A stretch of 64,000 nt of DNA from an uncultured Gammaproteobacteria bacterium (GTDB lineage Bacteria > Pseudomonadota > Gammaproteobacteria > Steroidobacterales > Steroidobacteraceae). Within the stretch, counting starts at the first letter, position 1. The number at the start of each line of letters is the position of its first letter. The notes under the pieces were generated by a model. It searched no databases. It saw only the letters and a list, made by a program, of their open reading frames with translations, and was not told the DNA's origin. Position numbers and translations under genes: made by a program. The stretch spans positions 113,923-177,922 of the forward strand of contig CAVOWK010000032.1 of NCBI GenBank assembly GCA_963700045.1. The letters are read 5' to 3'. Positions 53,868 to 64,000 of the stretch are shown here, in pieces.

Positions 53868-54965
53868 ATGACGTCGAACCTGACCCTCGCCGCCCGCGTC
53901 ATCTCCGAAGGATTCCTCCCGGCCCGATCCGCCCTGCTGCAGGGTCCGCGCGAACCCATGAGTGGTCCGGTTGCTCCGGGGCGGATTCGCGGCATGCTGC
54001 TGGGCCTCGCGATCGGCGACGCGCTGGGCAACACCAGCGAGAGCCTGCCGGTCCAGGAGCGCGAGGCGCGCTATGGCGAAATCCGTGACTACCTGCCGAA
54101 CAGCCGATCCGCGGGTCACCGGGTAGGACTGCCCTCGGACGACAGTCAGCTGGCGTTCTGGACGCTCGAAAGCCTGCTCGAATGCCGGGGACTGGATCCG
54201 GACGACCTGTCTGCCCGCTTCGCCTCGCGTGAAATCTTCGGTATCGGCAAGTCCATGCAGCAGTTCCTGCGCAATCGCGAACAGGGCGTGGCGTCCTGGT
54301 ACCGCTACGGCGCCGAGAGCGCGGGCAATGGCGCACTGATGCGCATCGCGCCTCTGGTGCTGCTGCATCCGCAAGGCACGAGTGCGGCCCTCTGGCTGGA
54401 CGTGGCGCTGGCCTCGATCGTCACGCATCGTGACGCGAGTTCGGTTGCTTCGTGCGTGGCGTTCGTCGACCTGCTCGCGCGCCTGTTGCGACTGCCGGCA
54501 CCACCGACAGCCGAGTGGATCATCGCCACGTACGTCGCTGCGGTGCGTCAAGTCTGCACGGACCAGCCGTACCGTGCCCGCAGCGGACGCTTCATCGACC
54601 GCGAGAGTTCGTTTCCAGACTACCTCGAGTTGGTGCTCGGCGAGGCCGCGCGTCACGACTGGAGCACCCGTCAAGCCTGCGCTGCATGGTCTTCCGGCGC
54701 ATACCTGCTCGAAACAGTGCCGAGCGTGCTGTGGATCCTTGCCCGCCACGCGCACGACCCGGAGGAAGCGATCGTGCGCGCCGTCAACGACACGGATGAC
54801 AACGATACGGTCGCCACCCTGGTCGGCGCGGCCGTTGGCGCGTTGCACGGCAAGGACGCGTTGCCCGCTTCCTGGCAGCATGGCTTGCTCGGCAGGACGA
54901 CGGCGGACGACAACGGGCGCGTGTTCCGCCTGATCGAGGAAGCAGTCCGTCGGGACTGGCTCTAG
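53868..54965 (+). CDS. ADP-ribosylglycohydrolase family protein
   Basis: GMLLGLAIGDALGN, GNGALMRIAP and DTDDNDTVATLVGAAVGALHG motifs. ATG lies 13 nt after the kinase stop. Confidence 0.85.
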   Translation: MTSNLTLAARVISEGFLPARSALLQGPREPMSGPVAPGRIRGMLLGLAIGDALGNTSESLPVQEREARYGEIRDYLPNSRSAGHRVGLPSDDSQLAFWTLESLLECRGLDPDDLSARFASREIFGIGKSMQQFLRNREQGVASWYRYGAESAGNGALMRIAPLVLLHPQGTSAALWLDVALASIVTHRDASSVASCVAFVDLLARLLRLPAPPTAEWIIATYVAAVRQVCTDQPYRARSGRFIDRESSFPDYLELVLGEAARHDWSTRQACAAWSSGAYLLETVPSVLWILARHAHDPEEAIVRAVNDTDDNDTVATLVGAAVGALHGKDALPASWQHGLLGRTTADDNGRVFRLIEEAVRRDWL

Positions 54966-55036
54966 AGGGCGCCAAGTCGAGACTTCGTCGCAGATTTCGG
55001 GTGTAGGATGACCCCGTTCAACCAGGGGGACACGAC

Positions 55037-56557
<1,521 letters not shown>

Positions 56558-56559
56558 GT

Positions 56560-56937
56560 ATGGTCGACAGGGTCATCGCTACGGCAGCGGCCGTCGAACT
56601 GATCGAACTGCTCAAGTCGAAACACGGCCCCGGACTGATGTTTCATCAGTCCGGCGGTTGTTGCGACAACAGTGCAGCCAACTGCTACCTGCTGGGCGAG
56701 CTCACGATCGGCGCGGGCGACGTGTTCCTGGGCGAGATCGGCGGCTGCCCGTTCTACATCGGCAAGGCGCAGTACGAGTACTGGCGGCACACGCAGCTGA
56801 TCATCGACGTGATCGAAGGCCACGGCGGGACGTTTTCGCTCGAGGGTCCGGAAGGCAAGGCCTTCCACACCCGGTCGCGGGTGTTCACCGCCGCGGAGAT
56901 GGCAGAACTCGACGAGGCCGATCGCCGCCCTGCCTGA
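56560..56937 (+). CDS. DUF779 domain protein
   Basis: MFHQSGGCCDNS motif, ATG 3 nt after the aldehyde dehydrogenase stop, a common pairing. Confidence 0.8.
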   Translation: MVDRVIATAAAVELIELLKSKHGPGLMFHQSGGCCDNSAANCYLLGELTIGAGDVFLGEIGGCPFYIGKAQYEYWRHTQLIIDVIEGHGGTFSLEGPEGKAFHTRSRVFTAAEMAELDEADRRPA

Positions 56938-57385
56938 TCAGTCGCGTTCGTCGCGCGTGTCGATCACTGTTCGTTGCATCGGTACGCTGTTGAATGCGTG
57001 GACGGAACGCCAGCACGAGGCACCAGACCCCGAAGGCGCCAAGGGACAGGACCACCTGGTAGTCGAGAAGCGTCGGCCGGCGCGCCGAGAAAACGACGGC
57101 AGCCATCAGTGCGGCTATCACGGTCAGTGCCATGCCTATGGCGAACCAGGCCGGCCGGGAAAAGAGCGTCGGCTGATCGCCGCGTCGATTGAATGCGAGG
57201 CGAAATCCGGCCTGCCAGCAGATCCCGCACAGCGCCAGCAGGATGAGGGCGAAGACGACCGTTGAACTCGTGAGTGCCCGGCGGCTTGCCGCATGCGCAG
57301 CAAAATCGACAATGCCGAGGCCGAGCACGGCAGTCAGGCTGGTCGCTGCAACCAGCAGCGCAATGCCGGCGATGCGTGTCCACAT
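56885..57385 (-). CDS. hypothetical 4-TM membrane protein
   Basis: 166-aa ORF with four hydrophobic segments. The basic tail overlaps the DUF779 3' end, so the stop may be affected by a frameshift. Confidence 0.4.
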   Translation of the reverse strand: MWTRIAGIALLVAATSLTAVLGLGIVDFAAHAASRRALTSSTVVFALILLALCGICWQAGFRLAFNRRGDQPTLFSRPAWFAIGMALTVIAALMAAVVFSARRPTLLDYQVVLSLGAFGVWCLVLAFRPRIQQRTDATNSDRHARRTRLIRQGGDRPRRVLPSPRR

Positions 57386-57456
57386 GCGGAGCGACTGGTT
57401 CGAGATACGGGTTCGTCACGATTCCCCTCAACCCCGCTGCAACTCGGCCGGCGCCT

Positions 57457-57618
57457 TCACTTCAGGTTCTGATCGAACCAGCGGTGTCCGACATAAAGTC
57501 CGACGCCGGATGCGACTGCTCCCAGCACGACAGCCAGCCCAAGGCCGGCCTTGGCTCCAAGCCACCAGCCCGCGGATCCGGCGAGGAACGCGCCCATCCA
57601 ACCGATCAAACCGCGCAC
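57457..57618 (-). CDS. possible small Gly-rich membrane protein (53 aa)
   Basis: Absent from the track (<60 aa). My translation is (V)RGLIGWMGAFLAGSAGWWLGAKAGLGLAVVLGAVASGVGLYVGHRWFDQNLK. The start could be GTG 57618 or ATG 57597. Confidence 0.3.
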   Translation of the reverse strand: MRGLIGWMGAFLAGSAGWWLGAKAGLGLAVVLGAVASGVGLYVGHRWFDQNLK

Positions 57619-57672
57619 AACAGGATTCTCCAGCAGTTCGAGGCAACAAGTGCGCGCCGTAGCAACCGGCCC

Positions 57673-57966
57673 TCACCTGATCGACTTGAGCACGTCCTGA
57701 TCGAATAGCAGGACGCGGGTAGCGCCGTAGGATTCGTACGTCCAGCGATAGGTCCTGGTCTCGCCGACGACCTGGTTGCCGCTCCGTACCGGCAAACTTT
57801 CCTCGCTGGTCGACTCGGGCGGTCCACAGAGCTGCAGCACTTCGGCCTGCGTCATGCCGGTCACGATGAGTTTGCTGCCGCACCGGAAACTGTCATCTGC
57901 GAGTGCTGCTGCGGCGCTGGCGAGGCAGGCGGTCACGGCGAGCACATGACCATGGACATTCCTCAT
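57673..57966 (-). CDS. DUF2845-like small periplasmic protein
   Basis: ATG 57966 gives a signal peptide and FRCGSKLIVTGMTQAEVLQLCGPP... Its start overlaps the upstream stop (ATGA). Confidence 0.6.
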   Translation of the reverse strand: MRNVHGHVLAVTACLASAAAALADDSFRCGSKLIVTGMTQAEVLQLCGPPESTSEESLPVRSGNQVVGETRTYRWTYESYGATRVLLFDQDVLKSIR

Positions 57967-58325
57967 GGGTCGGGCCGGGCCTGCAGCACGTCGACATAGA
58001 CCAGTGCATTGCAGCGCGGGCAGGTCGCAGCGTCGATCGCCTCGAGTTCGAACCAGCGTTTTCCGCACTGGCACCGCACCATCAATACCCACTGGCCGAC
58101 GGCACGGCAGACCGAATGCTCGACGACTTCGATGCCCTCCGGGAAGCTCGTGATCTTCGGCAACCGGGCGGTGTCGTCGTCATCGCCGATGATGCCTTCG
58201 GACGGGTATATCGGGCGGAAGACCTTCGCCCCTTGCAGCAGGTCCGGCACATCGTCCTGCGTCGTCGCCGGCGCCGGTTCTGTTCCAGGGTTCGATCCAG
58301 GGCTGTCTTTCATGGGAATCTGCAC
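57963..58325 (-). CDS. hypothetical protein with acidic N-terminus and C-terminal Cys4 zinc-ribbon-like motif
   Basis: CQCGKRW...CPRCN pattern, translationally coupled to the DUF2845-like gene. Confidence 0.45.
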   Translation of the reverse strand: MQIPMKDSPGSNPGTEPAPATTQDDVPDLLQGAKVFRPIYPSEGIIGDDDDTARLPKITSFPEGIEVVEHSVCRAVGQWVLMVRCQCGKRWFELEAIDAATCPRCNALVYVDVLQARPDP

Positions 58326-58431
58326 CGTCGAGTCCTTGCGCGCCTGTTTTTACAGGGTTTTGGCGCGATCGGCAAACGACCCGTCATTGGCGTGGTACCG
58401 ACCCCTGATGTCAGACGCTAGACTGCCGCAC

Positions 58432-59631
58432 ATGAAGAAGCTCCTGCTCGCGCTCCTGCTCGCCGTCGCGTTGCTCATCGTCGCCGGCATCGGCTATGTC
58501 TGGTTCGGCCCGGTCGCGGTCGGCAATAAGCAAGTCATGCTCGATTTCCTGCTCGGCCGTTCGATCGAGCCGCCGACTGCAGCGCAGGTTGCGTCGAGGC
58601 TGCGGGTCGCCGATGGCTTCAGGCTGGAGGTCTATTCCACCGACGTGCCCCTCGCCCGCTGGCCGCTCGTGACACCGGCCGGCGACCTCATCGTGGCCCG
58701 CACGCGCGCCGATGAAATCGTGCTGCTCGAGCGTGATGCCAATGGCGACGGCAAGCCGGACGCGGTCCGCAAGCTGCTCACCAAGCTCAATCACCCGCAT
58801 GGACTCGCCCTGCACGACGGGTGGCTGTACGTCGGCGAGTCGAATGGCATCGGTCGCATTCGCTTCGACGCAGAATCGGGACGGGCGTCCGGCGCCTTCG
58901 AGCACATCGTCGACGACTTCACAGGCGATGGCTTTCACACGACGAAAACGCTCGGCTTCGGCCCCGACGGGTGGCTCTACGTGTCGCAGGGCTCGACCTG
59001 CAATGTCTGCATCGAGAAGGACGCGCGCCGTGCGACGATCATGCGCATGCAGCCGGACGGCAGCCAGCGCGAGATCTACGCGACCGGGCTGCGCAACAGT
59101 GTAGGCATGGACTGGGCGCCGTGGGATGGCACGCTCTACGCGACCGAGAATGGTCGCGACCTGCTGGGCGACGACCTGCCGCCCGACGAACTCAATCGCA
59201 TCGAGCAGAACAGGTTCTATGGCTGGCCGTTCGTCTACGGCGCCGGTGTGCCCGATCCCGACTTCGGTGCCGGGCATGCGGCGGAGGCTGCCCTCGCCGT
59301 TACGCCGGCGCATGCGTTTGGCGCGCACCATGCTCCGCTCGGGCTCGCATTCCTGCGCGGCCCGGGCCTTCTGCCAGGGTATTCACGCACTGCCCTCGTC
59401 GCACTGCATGGTTCGTGGAATCGCAGCCAGCCCGACGGCTACAAGGTGGTCGCCCTGGACTGGCAACCGGATGGGAGCATCGTCGAACGCGACTTTCTGA
59501 CAGGCTTCCTCGGTGACGCAGGCGTTCTCGGCCGACCCGCCGGTATCGCACAAGGCCCCGACGGCACCATTTTCATCACTGACGACTACGCGGGCGTGAT
59601 CTACCGGGTGGTTCCCGTGACGGGCCCCTGA
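58432..59631 (+). CDS. PQQ-dependent sugar (sorbosone/glucose) dehydrogenase family protein
   Basis: ATG 58432 gives an N-terminal TM/signal. Beta-propeller motifs HPHGLALHDGWLYV, GLRNSVGMDW and YGWPF. Confidence 0.8.
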   Translation: MKKLLLALLLAVALLIVAGIGYVWFGPVAVGNKQVMLDFLLGRSIEPPTAAQVASRLRVADGFRLEVYSTDVPLARWPLVTPAGDLIVARTRADEIVLLERDANGDGKPDAVRKLLTKLNHPHGLALHDGWLYVGESNGIGRIRFDAESGRASGAFEHIVDDFTGDGFHTTKTLGFGPDGWLYVSQGSTCNVCIEKDARRATIMRMQPDGSQREIYATGLRNSVGMDWAPWDGTLYATENGRDLLGDDLPPDELNRIEQNRFYGWPFVYGAGVPDPDFGAGHAAEAALAVTPAHAFGAHHAPLGLAFLRGPGLLPGYSRTALVALHGSWNRSQPDGYKVVALDWQPDGSIVERDFLTGFLGDAGVLGRPAGIAQGPDGTIFITDDYAGVIYRVVPVTGP

Positions 59632-60596
59632 TCCAGGTTCGACAGTGACTGATCGATGAAAGCCTGCCAGATCGGATTCGGCTGCCACACCGTGCGCAGC
59701 GGATGCAGCGCGGCCTCGTGCGCTTCCCCGAGACGCAAGCGTCGGTACAGGTACACGAACGCCGAGACACGGAAGTTCCTGGCGCAGTGGACCCAGACTT
59801 TGCGGCCGGCGAACGCCTCCATCACGCCGAAGAACTGCTGCAGGTGCCGGGGTTCGGGCTCTTCCCACGGCACGGGGATCTGCACGAAGGCCATGCCCTG
59901 CCCCGTGACGGCCTCGGCTTCGCCGGGCAACGCGTTCGACGCAGTCGGCAAGGCGAGGTTGACGACCGCCTCGATGCCGAACTCCGGCAGGCGCTGAATG
60001 TCGGCCGGCGAGAGCTGGCCCGACGTCCACAACCCTTCGAACACGGGACGGGTGTTCGGGGCATCAAACTGGTAAGCACCCGTCGTGCCGTAGAGGCGCA
60101 CGTCCTCGTTGCTGCCGGCGAGACGCACGGTGCCTTCGAACTGCAGGCCGATCCGCTCCAGCAGGCGGCCCGACGCAACATTGTCGAGACTCGTGATCGC
60201 AACCACGCGCGGCAGGTGATGCCGCTCCCGCGCATACCGCAGCGTGGCCTCAGCCGCCTCGCGCGCGTACCCCTGGCTCCAGTGCTCGGGCAGGAAGGCG
60301 AAGCCGATGTCGACGTCGGGCAGCGTGTCGCGCTTGATCAGCCCGCACAGGCCGAGCGGCAAGTCGTCGCTGCGGCGTTCAACCACGAATAGGCCAAAGC
60401 CGTGATTGGCGTACAGGCGCTGCGGCCCTTCGACAATGTAGCGCCGTGCGCCGTCGAGATCGTGTACGCCCCGGTCGCCGATGAAACGCAGCCACGATGG
60501 CTCATTGACGAGACGGAAGATGAAGGAGGCGTCGGACGCCTCGAGCCTGCGCAGCCGCAGGCGCTCCGTTTCAGTCTCGACGATGGGTTCGGCCAT
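59601..60596 (-). CDS. GNAT (RimJ/RimL-like) acetyltransferase fused to a dual-specificity-phosphatase-like domain
   Basis: N-terminal ~175 aa are GNAT (TERLRLRRLEASD..., WSQGYAREAA). C-terminal ~150 aa carry the phosphatase-like VWVHCARNFRVS loop. Confidence 0.65.
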   Translation of the reverse strand: MAEPIVETETERLRLRRLEASDASFIFRLVNEPSWLRFIGDRGVHDLDGARRYIVEGPQRLYANHGFGLFVVERRSDDLPLGLCGLIKRDTLPDVDIGFAFLPEHWSQGYAREAAEATLRYARERHHLPRVVAITSLDNVASGRLLERIGLQFEGTVRLAGSNEDVRLYGTTGAYQFDAPNTRPVFEGLWTSGQLSPADIQRLPEFGIEAVVNLALPTASNALPGEAEAVTGQGMAFVQIPVPWEEPEPRHLQQFFGVMEAFAGRKVWVHCARNFRVSAFVYLYRRLRLGEAHEAALHPLRTVWQPNPIWQAFIDQSLSNLDQGPVTGTTR

Positions 60597-60756
60597 GGGT
60601 GGATTGTGCCGCGATCCGCGAGTCCTGCGTAGTCGGTTGCGATGACATTGATACGGCTGCAGCGATCAAACGGGCAACCATAGGGCGCGGCTGGACCATG
60701 GCTTACAATGGTCCTCGACGGTATCCAGTGAGCGTTCCCGAGGCTGCGCCGACCCG

Positions 60757-61119
60757 ATGAGTTCCAGTCGTCTCGTCTACTCCACCGGCCCCGGACGCCT
60801 GTGCCCCGAGTGCACCCGTCCGCTGGCCGAGTGCCGCTGCAAGCGCAGCAAGCCGGCACAGCCCGTCGTGGCCGCGGGCGACGGCATCGTGCGTGTCGGT
60901 CGCGAGACCAAGGGCCGCAAGGGCAAGGGCGTCACGATCATCAGGGGCGTCCCCCTTGCCGGCAACGAACTCGATGCCCTGGCCACCAGGCTGAAGAAGC
61001 GCTGTGGGTGCGGCGGCACCGTCGACGCCGGGGTCATCGAGATCCAGGGCGACCATCGCGACCTGCTGGTCGAAGAACTCGGCAGGCTCGGTTACACGGT
61101 GCGCCGGTCCGGTGGCTGA
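60757..61119 (+). CDS. yciH: SUI1-family translation initiation factor YciH
   Basis: 120 aa with VRVGRETKGRKGKGVTII... and EIQGDHRD. Confidence 0.88.
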   Translation: MSSSRLVYSTGPGRLCPECTRPLAECRCKRSKPAQPVVAAGDGIVRVGRETKGRKGKGVTIIRGVPLAGNELDALATRLKKRCGCGGTVDAGVIEIQGDHRDLLVEELGRLGYTVRRSGG

Positions 61120-61846
61120 CTCCAGCGTCCGGATCAACAAGTACCTCAGCGAGACGGGTGCCTGTTCGCGTCGCCAGGCCGACCAATGGGTCGAGGCCGG
61201 CCGCGTCGCAGTGAACGGCGTGACCGCCGTGCTCGGCACCAAGGTCGCCGCAGGCGACGAGGTATCGCTCGACGGGCGCCCGCTGAACTTCAAGCCCGAG
61301 CGCGTCTATCTCGCATTGAACAAGCCGATCGGCATCGAATGCACGACCGACCGCGACGTACCGGACAACATCGTCGACTTCGTGGGTCACCGCGAGCGCG
61401 TCTTCCCCATCGGTCGCCTGGACAAGGAGTCCGAAGGCCTGATCCTGCTCACCAACGATGGTGACATCGTCAATCGCGTGCTCCGTGCCGAGCACGAGCA
61501 CGAGAAGGAATACATCGTCTCGGTCGACCGGCCGCTGACGAACGAGTTCCTGTCAGGCATGGCCCGTGGCGTGCCGATCCTCGAGACGGTGACCAACCCG
61601 TGCCGCGTCACCCAGGTCGGCCGCAATACGTTCCGTATCGTGCTGACGCAGGGCCTCAACCGTCAGATCCGCCGCATGTGCGAGCACTTCGATTACCGGG
61701 TGCGGCGCCTGCAGCGCGTGCGGATCATGCACATCCAGCTCGGTACGTTGCCTGTGGGCAAATGGCGCAACCTGACCCCGGCCGAGGTGAAGCCGCTGCT
61801 TACACCTCCTGAGCGCAAGCGTGCGACGCTGTCGCTCAGGAAATGA
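61112..61846 (+). CDS. rluF: 23S rRNA pseudouridine synthase RluF-like (RsuA family)
   Basis: GTG 61112 overlaps the yciH stop. S4 domain (RINKYLSETGACSRRQAD), catalytic GRLDKESEGLILLTNDG. Confidence 0.82.
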   Translation: MADSSVRINKYLSETGACSRRQADQWVEAGRVAVNGVTAVLGTKVAAGDEVSLDGRPLNFKPERVYLALNKPIGIECTTDRDVPDNIVDFVGHRERVFPIGRLDKESEGLILLTNDGDIVNRVLRAEHEHEKEYIVSVDRPLTNEFLSGMARGVPILETVTNPCRVTQVGRNTFRIVLTQGLNRQIRRMCEHFDYRVRRLQRVRIMHIQLGTLPVGKWRNLTPAEVKPLLTPPERKRATLSLRK

Positions 61847-62161
61847 CTATGCCCTTTCTTCCTGCCTCACCTTCTTGTGCCGCAGGTCCAGGACGAGGTT
61901 GTAGCCGGCAACGCCGGCCGGAAACAGGTTCGAGAGGATGCCGACCGAATCGTTCTTGCCGAACGTGAAATACGACAGCAGCAGCAGGCTGCCGCTGATG
62001 CTCATCAGCCAGAACACCGTCGGCACGACGGGCCGGCCGTGGCGCCGCGAATAGAACATCTGTACGAACCAGCGGCCCGCGAACAACGCAACGCCGAGGT
62101 AACCGATCAGCTTCCACGGCGTGATCGTAACGCCAAACGCCACCAGCATCGTTTCATTCAT
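61847..62161 (-). CDS. lipid A biosynthesis N-terminal (LAB_N) domain membrane protein
   Basis: ATG 62161. PWKLIGYLGVALFAGRWFVQ and a second similar helix, downstream of kdsB. Confidence 0.7.
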   Translation of the reverse strand: MNETMLVAFGVTITPWKLIGYLGVALFAGRWFVQMFYSRRHGRPVVPTVFWLMSISGSLLLLSYFTFGKNDSVGILSNLFPAGVAGYNLVLDLRHKKVRQEERA

Positions 62162-62163
62162 GG

Positions 62164-62949
62164 TCAGCGTGCTCCAGGATCCGTCGTGGCGCGCGCACGT
62201 GCGCGCTGCAGGTCTGCGTCCGTATCGATTCCCGGGCCGGGCGGTTCGGCGCACAGCGCCACCGTGATGCGCAGCCCCGCCTGCAGGGCGCGCAACTGTT
62301 CCAGCTTTTCGGCCTGTTCGTAGGTCGAAGGCGCCATGGCCGTGATGCGTTTGAGCGCGCCGACGCGATAGGCATACAAGCCGACGTGCCGCAGCGCCCC
62401 GGAAAAGTCGGTCTGGCTGCCGAGTCCCGCGGTTGCGCCGTCCCGCGACCAGGGAATCGGCGCGCGGCTGAAATACAGTGCCGCGCCGTCGGCCGCGAAC
62501 ACCACCTTGACCACGTTGGGATCCAGGAATTCGTGCAGCGATTCGATCGGCGTCGCGAGCGTCGCAATGGCGGCAGCCGGATCACGTGCCAGCAGACTGG
62601 CCACCTGGTCGATCAGGCGCGGCGGCACGAAAGGTTCATCACCCTGCACGTTGACGACGATCGTGTCGTCGTCCCAGCCCCGCTGGCGCGCGACGGCGGC
62701 GACGCGATCCGTGCCGGACGGCAGCGCTGCATCGGTCATCACCGCGATCGCCGACGACGGTCGTCGCGGGTCGTGGACTGCCGCCGCAATGCGTTCGTCG
62801 TCGGTGGCGACCAGCACTTGATCTGCACCGCTGGCTGCAGCCTGCTCCACCACGCGCTGGATCATCGTGCGGCCGCCGATGTCGAGCAGCGGCTTGCCGG
62901 GCAGACGCGTCGAGGCGTAACGCGCCGGGATGACGACGTGATGGACCAC
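62164..62949 (-). CDS. kdsB: 3-deoxy-manno-octulosonate cytidylyltransferase
   Basis: VIPARYASTRLPGKPL and VNVQGDEP motifs. Confidence 0.93.
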   Translation of the reverse strand: MVHHVVIPARYASTRLPGKPLLDIGGRTMIQRVVEQAAASGADQVLVATDDERIAAAVHDPRRPSSAIAVMTDAALPSGTDRVAAVARQRGWDDDTIVVNVQGDEPFVPPRLIDQVASLLARDPAAAIATLATPIESLHEFLDPNVVKVVFAADGAALYFSRAPIPWSRDGATAGLGSQTDFSGALRHVGLYAYRVGALKRITAMAPSTYEQAEKLEQLRALQAGLRITVALCAEPPGPGIDTDADLQRARARATTDPGAR

Positions 62950-62955
62950 GGTCGC

Positions 62956-63159
62956 TCAGTCCTTGAGCAGCGGGTCGTCGGAATTCAGGCGGCGAGCTTC
63001 GTCCTCGAGCATCGCCGGAACACCGTCAATCACCGGAAACGCCAGGCGATCGGCGCGGCAAACGAGGGTCTGCGCGTCGCGGTGCCACTGCAGGGGCCCC
63101 TTGCAGAGCGGGCAGGCGAGGATGTCGAGCAGCTTGTTATCCAAGGGACACTCCCGCAC
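62956..63159 (-). CDS. ycaR: Trm112/YcaR (UPF0434) family zinc-ribbon protein
   Basis: LLDILACPLCKGPL motif, located between lpxK and kdsB as in E. coli. Confidence 0.85.
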   Translation of the reverse strand: MRECPLDNKLLDILACPLCKGPLQWHRDAQTLVCRADRLAFPVIDGVPAMLEDEARRLNSDDPLLKD

Positions 63160-64000
63160 CGGTCAAGCCGGTGCGATCAAATACGGATGTCAGCAACGCC
63201 GCGGCCTCGGCGCGACCGATGCTCACTTCGAGATCGACCCACCACCAGTCGGGACGGGCGATCTGCCGGCATTTTACGGCATCTTTCTCGGTCATCAGGA
63301 CAATGGCGCCCGCGGGGAACGGCAGCGCACCGGCGTCCAATGGCGCGTGGTCGGGCAATGCATGCATCTTGACGACCAATCCACGCTGCGCGAGACCGCG
63401 AAAAAAGGCATCAGGATGGCCGATGCCGGCTATCGCATGCAGGTCGGACGCCTGCGCAAACCCGGCCAGTGGCCGACGTTCGTTCGTGAGCAGGTTCACT
63501 GCGTCGCCGAGATCGAACCGCGCGCGCAGCAGCATGGGCGATCGAACTGAAAAATCGGCGCGCCCGTCCCCACCGCGCTCGGTCACGACGACAGCATGGA
63601 CTGATTCCAGCTCGCGTGCAGGCTCACGCAACGGACCCGCCGGCAACAGCCAGCGGTTACCGAGTCCGCGCGCGCCGTCGATGACCGCAATTTCATAGTC
63701 GCGCGCCAGTCGCATGTGTTGCAGCCCGTCATCGCAGACGATGACCTCCGCACCGTGCTCGGCCGCGAGACGCGCCGCCGCGACCCGATCCGCACCGATC
63801 ACCACGGTGTGCACGCCACGCCGCGCATGCACCAGCGCCTCGTCACCGGTGACACCCGGATCGTCCGCTGGCGTCACGACCCTGGGAGCACCGCGATGCA
63901 ATCCGCCGTAGCCGCGCAGGACCACGCCGACCCGCCGGCCGCGAGCCTCGAGCTGCCGAGCAAGCCAGGCGGCGACCGGTGTCTTGCCGGTGCCGCCGAC
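63137..64000 (-). CDS. lpxK: tetraacyldisaccharide 4'-kinase LpxK (5' end lies beyond the window)
   Basis: The frame stays open to position 64000 and reads VGGTGKTPVAAWLARQLEARGRRVGVVLRGYGG (P-loop). The track start at 63925 is internal. Confidence 0.9.
   Translation of the reverse strand, partial: VGGTGKTPVAAWLARQLEARGRRVGVVLRGYGGLHRGAPRVVTPADDPGVTGDEALVHARRGVHTVVIGADRVAAARLAAEHGAEVIVCDDGLQHMRLARDYEIAVIDGARGLGNRWLLPAGPLREPARELESVHAVVVTERGGDGRADFSVRSPMLLRARFDLGDAVNLLTNERRPLAGFAQASDLHAIAGIGHPDAFFRGLAQRGLVVKMHALPDHAPLDAGALPFPAGAIVLMTEKDAVKCRQIARPDWWWVDLEVSIGRAEAAALLTSVFDRTGLTGAGVSLG

Overview
GC-rich proteobacterial chromosomal segment. The rne/rluC/maf/yceD-rpmF-plsX, mlaFEDCB and kdsB-ycaR-lpxK arrangements are gammaproteobacterial-type synteny (inference; GC was judged by eye, not computed). 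Most of the window is housekeeping: dapA, gcvR-bcp, PIN-PhoH, bepA, mlaA and mlaFEDCB, an Rrf2-sufBCDS-sufU-sufT-Rieske Fe-S operon, sixA, an SDR, sdaA, putA, cnoX, a lexA-imuA-imuB-dnaE2 SOS mutagenesis cassette with two tandem SOS boxes, lpp plus an L,D-transpeptidase, aldehyde dehydrogenase plus DUF779, a PQQ-type sugar dehydrogenase, yciH and rluF. I recognised no rRNA, tRNA, CRISPR array, transposase or integrase. Two loci look accessory and are the best candidates for something undescribed. (1) A co-directional minus-strand cluster at 42.8-50.4 kb combines a cNMP-binding patatin lipase, a DevBCA-type exporter whose ATPase carries a C-terminal GAF domain, the cAMP phosphodiesterase CpdA, a small cyclase-like protein and a PAS-GGDEF protein. 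The GAF domain is cut by one in-frame TGA, and the frame then stays open into cpdA. (2) At 50.5-55.0 kb an atypical membrane-anchored protein-kinase-like protein with an OB-fold-like segment sits directly upstream of an ADP-ribosylglycohydrolase and divergent from an LMW tyrosine phosphatase. There are also roughly two dozen apparent single-base frameshifts in conserved genes, concentrated at 12-24 kb. These may be consensus errors or real gene decay; I cannot tell which from the sequence. Other structures of note are a near-perfect 89-nt G-rich palindrome in frame inside dnaE2 and a nested-palindrome element between mlaA and mlaB. Many long ORFs in the supplied track are antisense or out-of-frame shadows typical of high-GC DNA and were not called.
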